NCBI GenBank assembly: GCA_015233195.1
Contig: JADFYE010000010.1
Location: forward strand, 9,869 to 73,868
Direction of reading: 5' to 3'
DNA: 64,000 nucleotides
Source of the DNA: Candidatus Omnitrophota bacterium
GTDB lineage: Bacteria; Omnitrophota; Gorgyraeia; Zapsychrales; Zapsychraceae
The position numbers and the translations under genes were made by a program. A model generated the notes under the pieces. The model was not told where the DNA came from. It was given only the letters and a program-made list of their open reading frames with translations, and did not search any database. Position 1 is the first letter of the stretch; each line of letters begins with the position of its first letter. Shown here one piece after another: positions 38,168 to 46,879 of the stretch.

Positions 38168-38569
38168 TTATTTTGTCGTAGCCACATTTATCTTATCAAT
38201 ACCTGCCCTACGGCATATATCCCAAATATCCATTATTCTGCCAGCAGATGCGCGACGGTCTGACCTAATCAAAAATTGATTCTCTCCCCATGATTTACTT
38301 TTTAATTCTTTCTCAAGTTCTTTTACCGTCGTGATTTTATTATTAAAATAAATCACATTCTCTCCGGTAATTGTTATAACCATTCCCATGCCACTAACTA
38401 CCTGACTAGTAACTGTCTTAGGAAGCTTGACTGTAATCGTTGTATCAACTGTAAAAAAAGAAAAAATATAAATTAGTACCGCTGTTAAAAAAAGAACATT
38501 TACCAGCGGGATGAGCAGAACCGAATGCATATCCGACGAATAATTTAATAATCTGTAATTTTTAAACAT
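38168..38569 (-). CDS. ExbD/TolR-family protein
   Basis: 133 aa with a single TM ('LIPLVNVLFLTAVLIYIF'). Periplasmic 'IRSDRRASAGRIMDIWDICRRAG' is typical of ExbD. Confidence 0.8.
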   Translation of the reverse strand: MFKNYRLLNYSSDMHSVLLIPLVNVLFLTAVLIYIFSFFTVDTTITVKLPKTVTSQVVSGMGMVITITGENVIYFNNKITTVKELEKELKSKSWGENQFLIRSDRRASAGRIMDIWDICRRAGIDKINVATTK

Positions 38570-39194
38570 TGTGTTTTTCCATTAACTCAACTGCTGAGCG
38601 ATCCATCTCATTAATAAACTGCGTTATCCTGTACTCACAATAATTATAAGCAATAAAAGCCAAAATACCGACCAACATGCCAGCTACTGTAGTTAAAATC
38701 GCGGACCACACTCCAAAAGCAAGATCTCCAGTAGTGAATGGCTGTAAAGCTTTAGTCTTTACTTCAATCGTACGAAAAATTACTGCCATACCAGTAGCTG
38801 TTCCTAATAATCCGAGCAATGGACTTATATACGTTATGCTAGAAAGAAAAATAAGATTGATTTTAAACTCCGGAATCAGCAAATCGCCCGCGTTTTTCAT
38901 GCTTTCTTTTATTTCAATTCTCGACGCGCTGAACTTAATTAATCCGGCTTTAATAATCTTAGCTGAAGGAGAACTACTGCCTTCACATATCGCGTAAGCT
39001 TCCTTAAGTTTATTGAGACTAATCAAATCAAATACCCGGTCTTTTAATAACTGCACGTCGGCTCTTATTGAATTAAAATACATCAGTCTTTCAATAAAAA
39101 TCGTCAAAGTTATCACCGAACATAATATGATCGGGATCAAAATCGGTCCGCCGGAAATTATCAATTGAAAAAAATTCATAGCACTATTTTCCAT
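38562..39194 (-). CDS. MotA/TolQ/ExbB-family proton channel
   Basis: 3 TM segments. 'ISPLLGLLGTATGM' and 'AILTTVAGMLVGI' signatures. Confidence 0.85.
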   Translation of the reverse strand: MENSAMNFFQLIISGGPILIPIILCSVITLTIFIERLMYFNSIRADVQLLKDRVFDLISLNKLKEAYAICEGSSSPSAKIIKAGLIKFSASRIEIKESMKNAGDLLIPEFKINLIFLSSITYISPLLGLLGTATGMAVIFRTIEVKTKALQPFTTGDLAFGVWSAILTTVAGMLVGILAFIAYNYCEYRITQFINEMDRSAVELMEKHNV

Positions 39195-41676
39195 TCGTTG
39201 TAATTACTTTATTATTAATCCAATCCAATCGCTCTTGCGCGAATTTTTTCTCCTCTACATTATAACTAAGCACTTTCTGATAAATCTGTTTTGCTTTAAT
39301 CCACTCATCCTGGTCTTCAAATATTCTCGCAACTCTAAGGTACGCCTTAACTGCCCATAAAGTCTGATCAATATAAAGATATGGAATCTTCAAATATTCG
39401 TCGAGAGCCTTATCCGTGTTATTCATCAACTCATAATCGTCTGCCAGACTAAACCTGATCTCAGCGTCAGGCGTGTGGCTCTGTCCTTTTACTGATTTCA
39501 AAGCATTTTCATAATATTGTGCTGCCTTTTGCTGATCATTCTGGCTCTTATATATTTCCGCGATTTTAAATAACGCATCTTTTGCAAAACTTGGGACTTT
39601 ATCCAGCATAGTCTTATACGTAGCAATCGCTGCATCAGGATCCATTTTTTGGGATAGAATTTCAGCTATCGCGCTCTTAGCTTTAACAAATATTTCCGGA
39701 GAAACTGTCTCAGAAATATTTTTAAACGACTCAATCGCTGCCTTATAGTCATTATTAGCTTTATATGCCTGACCTAAAGAATAATATACTTCGACCAGCC
39801 TCTTATTACCGGGGAAACTTTTAATGAATTCATTATAATGACTGATCGCGTAATTATAATCTCCGGCTTCCAAATAATGGTCGCCCAGCCAAATTAAAGC
39901 TTCTTGTCCAGCGTCGGAATCATGATATTTTGTTGCAACATTCCTAAATCTTTTCAAAGCTTCATTAATATTTCCGTTTTTATATAAACACTTTGCGATA
40001 TGCAATTCTGAATTTTTTACAATATTAGAATCACTCGGATACTCCTTTATTATTTTCTGAAAGACTGCTGCAGCTTCCGTGTATTTAGCTAAATTAAAAT
40101 TTGATAATCCTAATATATAATTCGCTTCTGAACGAAACTCGCTGCTATCCGTAGATTCTTTAAGAAAAGCACTCGCCTGCTCCATAGCGGTCTGCCATTG
40201 TTCCTGTTTAAAATATGCGACTGCAAGATAATATTTAGCGTCTTTTAAATATTTACTTTTTGGAAAGTTGGCTTGTAAAGTCTGTAAAGATAAAGTAGCA
40301 GCTTCGATCTTATTTTGTTTTAATAGGGTTACTGCCTGACGATATTGAACATAATCCGTATATGGACCAGCCGGAAATTCACCTAATATCTTGTCATAAA
40401 CTTCTACTGCTTGGTCCAACTGTCCGGCTTCCTGATACGCGTCTCCAATCTGGGTCATAGCGCTGATACGAATCGTATTATTATCAGTCTTACTTTGAAT
40501 GGTCTCAAAAGTATGAATTGAAAGATCCAGCGCCCCAGCTTTCATGTAACTCCACCCTAACGCGAAATAAGCTTTCTCCACAATATCAGGATAATCAGCG
40601 GACGCTTCATATTTATTTATTATCGCCCGGTAATCTTTTATTGCTGCATCATATTTCTGTTCTTGATAATAAGTGTTGCCTCTGCCTAATAATGCTTCGG
40701 GTACTCTCGGGCTATCTTGATATTTATTGACTATCTCAGAATAAGCGGACAAAGCCTTATCCACATTATTAGTCTCAGAATACAAAGATGCCAATCCCAA
40801 ATAAACATCATCTGCAGGTATACTCTTACTCTGCGCAAAACTTAAAGCATCGTTAAAATTTTTTTCTGAAAGATCATATTTCCCCAACTTTAAATAACAC
40901 CAACCCAAGCTTACCTTAGACGCAAAAATAGTCTTATTATCATACGATAAGCTCGCGGATTTTGCATAATACCCTACCGCATCCAACGGCTGGTTAAGAT
41001 AATAAAATGATTCTCCAATATAAAAATATGCCTCAGGATGTTTGACTGAATCCGGATAAGTATTTATATATTTTATGAAATGTTCCGTAGTTTTTTCATA
41101 ATTTTTTTGGGTATATAATATCTCACCTATTTTAAAAGCAGCGTCTTCAGCTAACTGATTGTCTGGAAATTTTTTTAAAATTTTTTCAAATATATCCTGA
41201 GCCTTCGTATAATCATTCTGAACAAAATATGTCCAGCCTAGAGAATAATAAGCCTGCGGCGCGTAAATCGAATCCGGATACGCGTCAATAACTTGTTTAT
41301 ACATTTCTTCAGCCTGTTTATAGTCCGAACCTTTTAAATACGTCTCACCCAGCCAGAATAAAGTAGCATCTTTAAATTGGGAGTATTGACTGGTTTCTTT
41401 AAAATAATTGAATGCCTTTAAATATTCACTTTTGAAAAAATAACATTGTCCTAATAAAAGTTTTGACTCAACTGACTTCGTGGTCTGAGGATAGTCCCGC
41501 ATTAATTGTTCGATATACCGGATGGATATATCATAGAACCCGTCGTCAAAAGCCTTTTGCGCTACTAAAAATAATTCTTCATCGCCTTCGGCAAAGGCGT
41601 CACGCGCGGTAAAACTAACTGCGGTTAAAACGACAAAAATAAAAACCAATATTATTCTTAAAAACTTCTTATTCAT
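39184..41676 (-). CDS. large secreted TPR protein (YbgF/BamD-type repeats)
   Basis: Signal peptide, then repeated '..YP(D/K)S....EA.Y.LG..Y' units. The track start 41691 is the GTG inside the repeat. ATG 41676 ('MNKKFLRI') is preferred. Confidence 0.75.
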   Translation of the reverse strand: MNKKFLRIILVFIFVVLTAVSFTARDAFAEGDEELFLVAQKAFDDGFYDISIRYIEQLMRDYPQTTKSVESKLLLGQCYFFKSEYLKAFNYFKETSQYSQFKDATLFWLGETYLKGSDYKQAEEMYKQVIDAYPDSIYAPQAYYSLGWTYFVQNDYTKAQDIFEKILKKFPDNQLAEDAAFKIGEILYTQKNYEKTTEHFIKYINTYPDSVKHPEAYFYIGESFYYLNQPLDAVGYYAKSASLSYDNKTIFASKVSLGWCYLKLGKYDLSEKNFNDALSFAQSKSIPADDVYLGLASLYSETNNVDKALSAYSEIVNKYQDSPRVPEALLGRGNTYYQEQKYDAAIKDYRAIINKYEASADYPDIVEKAYFALGWSYMKAGALDLSIHTFETIQSKTDNNTIRISAMTQIGDAYQEAGQLDQAVEVYDKILGEFPAGPYTDYVQYRQAVTLLKQNKIEAATLSLQTLQANFPKSKYLKDAKYYLAVAYFKQEQWQTAMEQASAFLKESTDSSEFRSEANYILGLSNFNLAKYTEAAAVFQKIIKEYPSDSNIVKNSELHIAKCLYKNGNINEALKRFRNVATKYHDSDAGQEALIWLGDHYLEAGDYNYAISHYNEFIKSFPGNKRLVEVYYSLGQAYKANNDYKAAIESFKNISETVSPEIFVKAKSAIAEILSQKMDPDAAIATYKTMLDKVPSFAKDALFKIAEIYKSQNDQQKAAQYYENALKSVKGQSHTPDAEIRFSLADDYELMNNTDKALDEYLKIPYLYIDQTLWAVKAYLRVARIFEDQDEWIKAKQIYQKVLSYNVEEKKFAQERLDWINNKVITTNGK

Positions 41677-41683
41677 ATAACAA

Positions 41684-41722
41684 CCCCTCACCCTAACCCT
41701 CTCCCCATAGGCTGGAGAGGGG
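41684..41722. repeat. 38-nt CU/GA hairpin repeat
   Basis: cccctcaccctaaccctctccccataggctggagagggg. On the minus strand it ends GAGGGG, 7 nt before the TPR gene ATG. Confidence 0.9.
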
Positions 41723-41773
41723 AAAATTTAGTTTTTCTATTTTAAATTCACAGATAAAATTAAATATATATAA

Positions 41774-41948
41774 GCAAATTTTTTATATTAAAAGACGCAG
41801 GTATTTCAGCGGACGTTGATAATTCGAGCAGGCACGGTTCGTACATGCTTCACCGTACGAGAGCGAGAATTATCGTCGAGCGCAGTTAGACTAGCCGGGG
41901 CTAACCAGCGTTCCGCAAAATACCTAAGTCTTTTAACCAAAAATTTGC
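41774..41948. repeat. ~170-nt branched-hairpin intergenic element, copy 2
   Basis: TIR gcaaattttt/aaaaatttgc. P1 aaaagac/gtctttt. Tip hairpins tcgtac/gtacga and gttag/ctaac. Confidence 0.85.
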
Positions 41949-41954
41949 TAATCC

Positions 41955-44750
41955 CTATTTCAAAATTTTCCCCAAAAACTGTCCCGTATACGACTTTGCA
42001 CATTTTACTATTTCTTCAGGCGTGCCGCAAGCTATCACCTCTCCGCCTTTATCCCCGCCTTCAGGTCCAAGATCAATTATATGATCCGCGCTTTTTACCA
42101 CATCTAAATTATGCTCAATTATTAATATAGTATTGCCTCGATCAACTAACCGCTGCAAGACGCTCAATAATTTTTCAACATCCGCAAAATGCAAGCCTGT
42201 AGTCGGCTCGTCTAAAATATAAAAAGTCTGTCCAGTAGACTGTTTGCACAATTCACTTGCCAATTTAACCCGCTGCGCTTCACCGCCTGACAATGTAGTC
42301 GCGCTTTGACCTAATTTTATATATCCTAATCCTACATCATTTAAAGTCTCTAATACTTTACGAATTTTAGGCACATTTTCAAATACGTTCAAAGCTTCTA
42401 CTACCGAAGTGTTAAGAATATCATTAATATTCTTTCCCTTAAATTGTACTTCCAACGTCTGATCATTAAACCTGCGTCCGCCGCAAATTTCACATTGCAC
42501 ATAAACATCCGGTAAAAAATGCATTTCAATTTTCTTGATACCGTCGCCATTACACGCTTCACACCTACCGCCTTTGACATTAAAACTAAACCGCCCAGGT
42601 TTATAACCACGCATCTTTGAATCTGGCAGCATAGTAAATACATTACGGATATGGTCAAACATTCCGGTATAAGTCGCGGGATTAGATCGCGGCGTCCGAC
42701 CTATAGGAGATTGATCTACCACAATAAATTTATCAATCAGCTCCATGCCGGTTATTTTTTTTACTTTTCCGGGCTTTTCTTTAGAACTATAAAATTTCTG
42801 GGCTAAAGACTTATGAATAATTTCTTCGACTAATGTTGATTTTCCAGAACCGGAAACTCCGGTGATACAAGTAAAAGTTCCTAATGGTATCGCAATATCA
42901 ATATTTTTTAAGTTGTGCGCAGCAGCACCAAATATTTTTAATTGTTTTTTAAAATCAATATTACGTCTTATTTTAGGCACTGGGATAGTTAATTTACCGT
43001 TAAGATACTGACCAGTTAAAGATTTTTCAGACTTTAACAAAGCCGGCACGTCACCTTCAAATATTATTTCTCCGCCAAAAGCTCCAGCTCCCGGACCAAG
43101 ATCTATTACATGATCAGCCCTGCGTATTGTATCTTCGTCGTGCTCAACCACAATCAAGCTGTTACCCATATCCCTTAAAGCGTGCAAAGTTGAAAGCAGC
43201 CGGTCATTATCCCGTTGATGTAAGCCAATACTGGGTTCATCTAAAATATAAATAACCCCGACCAGCCCAGAACCTACTTGGGTTGCTAGACGGATACGTT
43301 CAGCTTCACCGCCTGACAATGTGCCGCTCTTCCTATCCAAAGTTAAATAATCTAAACCGACGTTTATACAAAAATCTAACCGTCTTTCAATCTCTTTTAA
43401 AATCGCTGCGCTGATTATCTTCTGATCAGCAGTTAATTTTAACTCGCGAAAAAATCGTTTAGCTTCTTTAATCGAAAAAGCGGATACTTCCGCTATATTT
43501 TTATCATTAATCTTAACTGCCAGAGATTCTTTTTTAAGACGAGCGCCATTACACTCCGGGCATGGTTTCAAAGACATATAATTACTTATCTCATCTTTCA
43601 ACCAATCACTATCCGTATCATTAAACATCCGCTCTAAATATCTAACTGCCCCTTCATACTTCTTTCCCCATATCTCGTCCATAGATCCATACAACAAAAT
43701 TTTCTTAAAAGAAGCTGAGAGTTTGTTGAATGGCGTATAAGGATCAACATCATATAGACCAGCCAACTCCCGCATCATCGCCCGATAATACATCAAATAA
43801 TTTCTGCGACCACGTTTAGAAGGGGCTATCGCATTAATCCAAGGCTTTGCCTCATCCGGTATTAAAATATCCGGATCTATTTCCATTTTAGTTCCCAGTC
43901 CATTACACGACGGACAAGCGCCATACGGAGAATTAAATGAAAAAGTTCTGGGCTCAATTTCAATAATACTTATACCGCAGTCAACACACGCAAAATGCTC
44001 GCTAAAAATCCTATCAATGGTTTTATTCTCTTCAGTAATTGAAACAATAACCAAGCCCTTGCCAAACTCTAAAGCCGTTTCAATCGAATCAGTCAAACGC
44101 TTTTTAGTATCCGGTTTAATCGTCAATCTATCGACCACAACTTCAACATTATGGATTTTATACTTATCCATTTTAATTTTATCTTCAGTGGTATAGATTT
44201 GACCATCCACCCGTAAACGCGAAAATCCCGCTTTAGTAACATCCACATTGATTTTACGATACTCCCCTTTGCGTCCTCTGATCAAAGGCGCCATAATAAT
44301 AATCTTAGTGCCTTCCCTATAATTAAATAACTGATCAACTATTTCCTGAGCATGCTGCTTCTCGATCTTTTTACCGCAATTCGGACAATAAGCAATTCCT
44401 ATGCGGGCAAACAACAGCCGCAAATAATCATTTATCTCCGTCTGAGTCGCGACTGTAGAGCGGGGATTCTTACTCGTAGTTTTTTGTTCAATCGATATTG
44501 TTGGAGATAGTCCGTCAATGGACTCAACGTTGGGTTTCTGTAATTGTTCCAGAAATTGCCGGGCATACGCAGACAAACTCTCAACATACCTACGCTGCCC
44601 TTCAGCATAGATAGTATCAAAAGCCAAAGAAGATTTACCCGAACCGCTCAACCCCGTGACTACTACAAATTTATTCCTCGGGATCTTAATGTCGAGATCT
44701 TTAAGATTATGCTCCTTGGCACCTTTAATAATTATAAAATCATTATCCAT
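41955..44750 (-). CDS. uvrA: excinuclease ABC subunit A
   Basis: 931 aa. 'GAKEHNLK', two ABC modules ('[10 protein letters not shown]', '[10 protein letters not shown]', 'LSGGEAQR') and zinc-finger CxxC pairs. Confidence 0.97.
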   Translation of the reverse strand: MDNDFIIIKGAKEHNLKDLDIKIPRNKFVVVTGLSGSGKSSLAFDTIYAEGQRRYVESLSAYARQFLEQLQKPNVESIDGLSPTISIEQKTTSKNPRSTVATQTEINDYLRLLFARIGIAYCPNCGKKIEKQHAQEIVDQLFNYREGTKIIIMAPLIRGRKGEYRKINVDVTKAGFSRLRVDGQIYTTEDKIKMDKYKIHNVEVVVDRLTIKPDTKKRLTDSIETALEFGKGLVIVSITEENKTIDRIFSEHFACVDCGISIIEIEPRTFSFNSPYGACPSCNGLGTKMEIDPDILIPDEAKPWINAIAPSKRGRRNYLMYYRAMMRELAGLYDVDPYTPFNKLSASFKKILLYGSMDEIWGKKYEGAVRYLERMFNDTDSDWLKDEISNYMSLKPCPECNGARLKKESLAVKINDKNIAEVSAFSIKEAKRFFRELKLTADQKIISAAILKEIERRLDFCINVGLDYLTLDRKSGTLSGGEAERIRLATQVGSGLVGVIYILDEPSIGLHQRDNDRLLSTLHALRDMGNSLIVVEHDEDTIRRADHVIDLGPGAGAFGGEIIFEGDVPALLKSEKSLTGQYLNGKLTIPVPKIRRNIDFKKQLKIFGAAAHNLKNIDIAIPLGTFTCITGVSGSGKSTLVEEIIHKSLAQKFYSSKEKPGKVKKITGMELIDKFIVVDQSPIGRTPRSNPATYTGMFDHIRNVFTMLPDSKMRGYKPGRFSFNVKGGRCEACNGDGIKKIEMHFLPDVYVQCEICGGRRFNDQTLEVQFKGKNINDILNTSVVEALNVFENVPKIRKVLETLNDVGLGYIKLGQSATTLSGGEAQRVKLASELCKQSTGQTFYILDEPTTGLHFADVEKLLSVLQRLVDRGNTILIIEHNLDVVKSADHIIDLGPEGGDKGGEVIACGTPEEIVKCAKSYTGQFLGKILK

Positions 44751-44760
44751 AAGTGGGAAC

Positions 44761-44789
44761 AGTATAAAGTATCAAATATGTAGTGTAAA
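44761..44789 (-). promoter_or_regulatory. sigma70-like promoter for uvrA (near-leaderless)
   Basis: Minus strand TTTACA (44789-44784), 17 nt, TATACT (44766-44761). Only 10 nt separate it from the ATG, with no SD. Confidence 0.45.
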
Positions 44790-44794
44790 GTATA

Positions 44795-44838
44795 AATAAA
44801 ACGACTCTTGCGAGGATATCACAAGAGTCGTTTTTTAT
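44795..44838 (-). terminator. Rho-independent terminator after the small basic protein gene
   Basis: acgactcttg/caagagtcgt 10-bp stem with an 11-nt loop, flanked by T/A runs. Confidence 0.75.
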
Positions 44839-44854
44839 TCTAAGGTAAGAAAAA

Positions 44855-45157
44855 TTACTTTTTCTTAGCTTTTTTTGCTGCTTTTTTTGCCGGTTTTTTT
44901 GCTGCTTTTTTTGCCGGTTTTTTTGACTTTTTTTTGCCGCCTCTTACCATTGCTGCGCAGGAGATATCGCCATCTTTATCGATGAAATACAAGAAACCTG
45001 CTTGTTTTTTCAAACCGACTTTAGTGACTTTTTTAGGTTTTCCGCCTTTTTCTCCGCCGCGTGCCATCTTCGCGCAGGAAATATCTCCGTCTTTATCGAC
45101 GAAATATAAAAATCCTGCTTCCTTCTTGATACCTACTTTAGCTGCTTTCTTTGACAT
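44855..45157 (-). CDS. small lysine-rich protein: two ~38-aa repeats plus histone-H1-like KKPAKKAA tail
   Basis: 'KVG(I/L)KK(E/Q)AGFLYF(V/I)DKDGDISCA.M.RGG' occurs twice. Tail is 'KKPAKKAAKKPAKKAAKKAKKK'. AAAGGGGA SD and its own terminator. Confidence 0.7.
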   Translation of the reverse strand: MSKKAAKVGIKKEAGFLYFVDKDGDISCAKMARGGEKGGKPKKVTKVGLKKQAGFLYFIDKDGDISCAAMVRGGKKKSKKPAKKAAKKPAKKAAKKAKKK

Positions 45158-45202
45158 TGTACTGTCCCCTTTCTTGGGTTGTTGGACACCTCGTCCAGGT
45201 TA

Positions 45203-46033
45203 TTATGTGCCAATTCTTACAACTGAACTATAATCCTTCAAAGTTTGTATCGCGGATAATACTGCCAAATAACTAGTCTTAGGATTATCCGGACAAATCT
45301 CATTATCAGTCTTAGTCATAATAGTACCAAAATCGCCTTTTACAACAATCTCATGCGAATTTAATTTAGCCTTAGGTGACGCTATTAATTGAATTTTAAC
45401 TTTTGATATATCACCGCAAGCCAAAGCTAAAGTCGCGGCAACATTAACATTTTGGGGAAAAGCTTTTACAGCCGCAGCCACATTCCCGCTAAACAATACT
45501 GTATCTTTTTTAATCTTACCTAAATCAAAACCTTTATTCTCTAAATATATGTTATTCCGGAAAGCCTTAACCGGCTTACGACTACTCAAAGTCACAGAAC
45601 GCAATTTCACGCTGCTACCAGCTTTTATAGCATCAATACCAGCAATAGCTCCAGACGGTATTAAAACCTTAGCGCCATATTTTTCTGCTGATTTTAAAAC
45701 CTTGAGATCTTTCAATAATTGACCCACACTCATAACTAAAACAATTTTTTTAGCTTTGATTGTGCGAGCAACCAAATCAATCGTGCAATCAGAAGCAACT
45801 GCCTCGACTACTAAATCACAATTGACCAGTAAATTTTCAAAAGAAGATCGAACTATATTTTTAAGATGAAGATTTTTTTGTAGACGTGAAGATTTAAGCG
45901 GGTCAACATCATACAAGGCAGTGAGTTGATATCGGAATTTTTTAAGTTCCCCGGATATGCTTTTAGCTATTCCTGAACCAATAGCGCCGCAACCCAAAAC
46001 ACCAACTCGAATATATTTTTTGTCTATATCCAT
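45203..46033 (-). CDS. nadX: L-aspartate dehydrogenase-like protein
   Basis: 'VGVLGCGAIG', 'IPSGAIAGIDAIKA', 'FPQNVNVAATLALA' and 'NPKTSYLAVLS'. Confidence 0.75.
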   Translation of the reverse strand: MDIDKKYIRVGVLGCGAIGSGIAKSISGELKKFRYQLTALYDVDPLKSSRLQKNLHLKNIVRSSFENLLVNCDLVVEAVASDCTIDLVARTIKAKKIVLVMSVGQLLKDLKVLKSAEKYGAKVLIPSGAIAGIDAIKAGSSVKLRSVTLSSRKPVKAFRNNIYLENKGFDLGKIKKDTVLFSGNVAAAVKAFPQNVNVAATLALACGDISKVKIQLIASPKAKLNSHEIVVKGDFGTIMTKTDNEICPDNPKTSYLAVLSAIQTLKDYSSVVRIGT

Positions 46034-46039
46034 AAAAAG

Positions 46040-46879
46040 TTAAATGATGATGTTATCAATCAAACGCGTTGATCCGAAATATACCGCGACTGCTATCATA
46101 GCGTCTTTGCGGCATTCTTTTAAAGGTTCAAGCGTATTTTTATCGACGATACAAACATATTGTACTTTCGCCGAACTTTTTTCTGTAATATGCGTCATAA
46201 TAGCAGTTACAACTTTACCCGAATTATATTCGCCGGAACGTATCATGTCTTGTGCAGATCGTAATGCCTGCCATAATACTGGAGCCTGCTGCCGCTCCTC
46301 ATCGTTAAGGTAACGATTCCGTGAACTCATAGCCAAACCATCTTTTTCCCGAACTGTTTTTACTACTTTAACTTTGACCGGAAAATTAAGATCGTTTACC
46401 ATGCGTTTCAGCACTGCCACTTGCTGTCCGTCTTTCTGTCCGAGATATATCGCATCTGGCATAATAATGTTCAACAATTTTGCAACTACAGTTGCCACAC
46501 CTTTAAAATGCCCGGGACGATACGCCCCACATAAACCTTCTGAGACGGACTCCACATTCACATATGTCAAATAACCCCGCGGATACACCATTTCTACCGT
46601 CGGGTAAAATACCACATCAACTTTTTCATCGTCTAACAATAGACTATCTTGTTTAATTTGTCGAGGATATTTTTTAAAATCTTCAGAAGGTCCAAATTGA
46701 ACCGGATTAACAAAAATACTGACTATAACAATCGCATTTTCTCGACGAGCTTCTTTGACAAGCTTAAGATGTCCCTGATGCAGCGCCCCCATGGTAGGAA
46801 CAAACCCGATCGTTTTGTTTTTACCGCGGACTTGTTTTATATATTTTTGCACCGAAAAAATCGAACGCAAAATTTTCAT
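46040..46879 (-). CDS. panC: pantoate--beta-alanine ligase
   Basis: 'GFVPTMGALHQGHL', 'VSIFVNP.QF' and 'GQKD.QQ'. Confidence 0.94.
   Translation of the reverse strand: MKILRSIFSVQKYIKQVRGKNKTIGFVPTMGALHQGHLKLVKEARRENAIVIVSIFVNPVQFGPSEDFKKYPRQIKQDSLLLDDEKVDVVFYPTVEMVYPRGYLTYVNVESVSEGLCGAYRPGHFKGVATVVAKLLNIIMPDAIYLGQKDGQQVAVLKRMVNDLNFPVKVKVVKTVREKDGLAMSSRNRYLNDEERQQAPVLWQALRSAQDMIRSGEYNSGKVVTAIMTHITEKSSAKVQYVCIVDKNTLEPLKECRKDAMIAVAVYFGSTRLIDNIII

Noticed and set aside
41806-42130. Two overlapping small ORFs (65 aa minus strand, 104 aa plus strand) across the uvrA-TPR intergenic region.
   Set aside because: They cover the structured repeat. Differences between the three repeat copies are paired helix changes, not codon-position-biased changes, and the reading frames are not preserved in copies 1 and 3.
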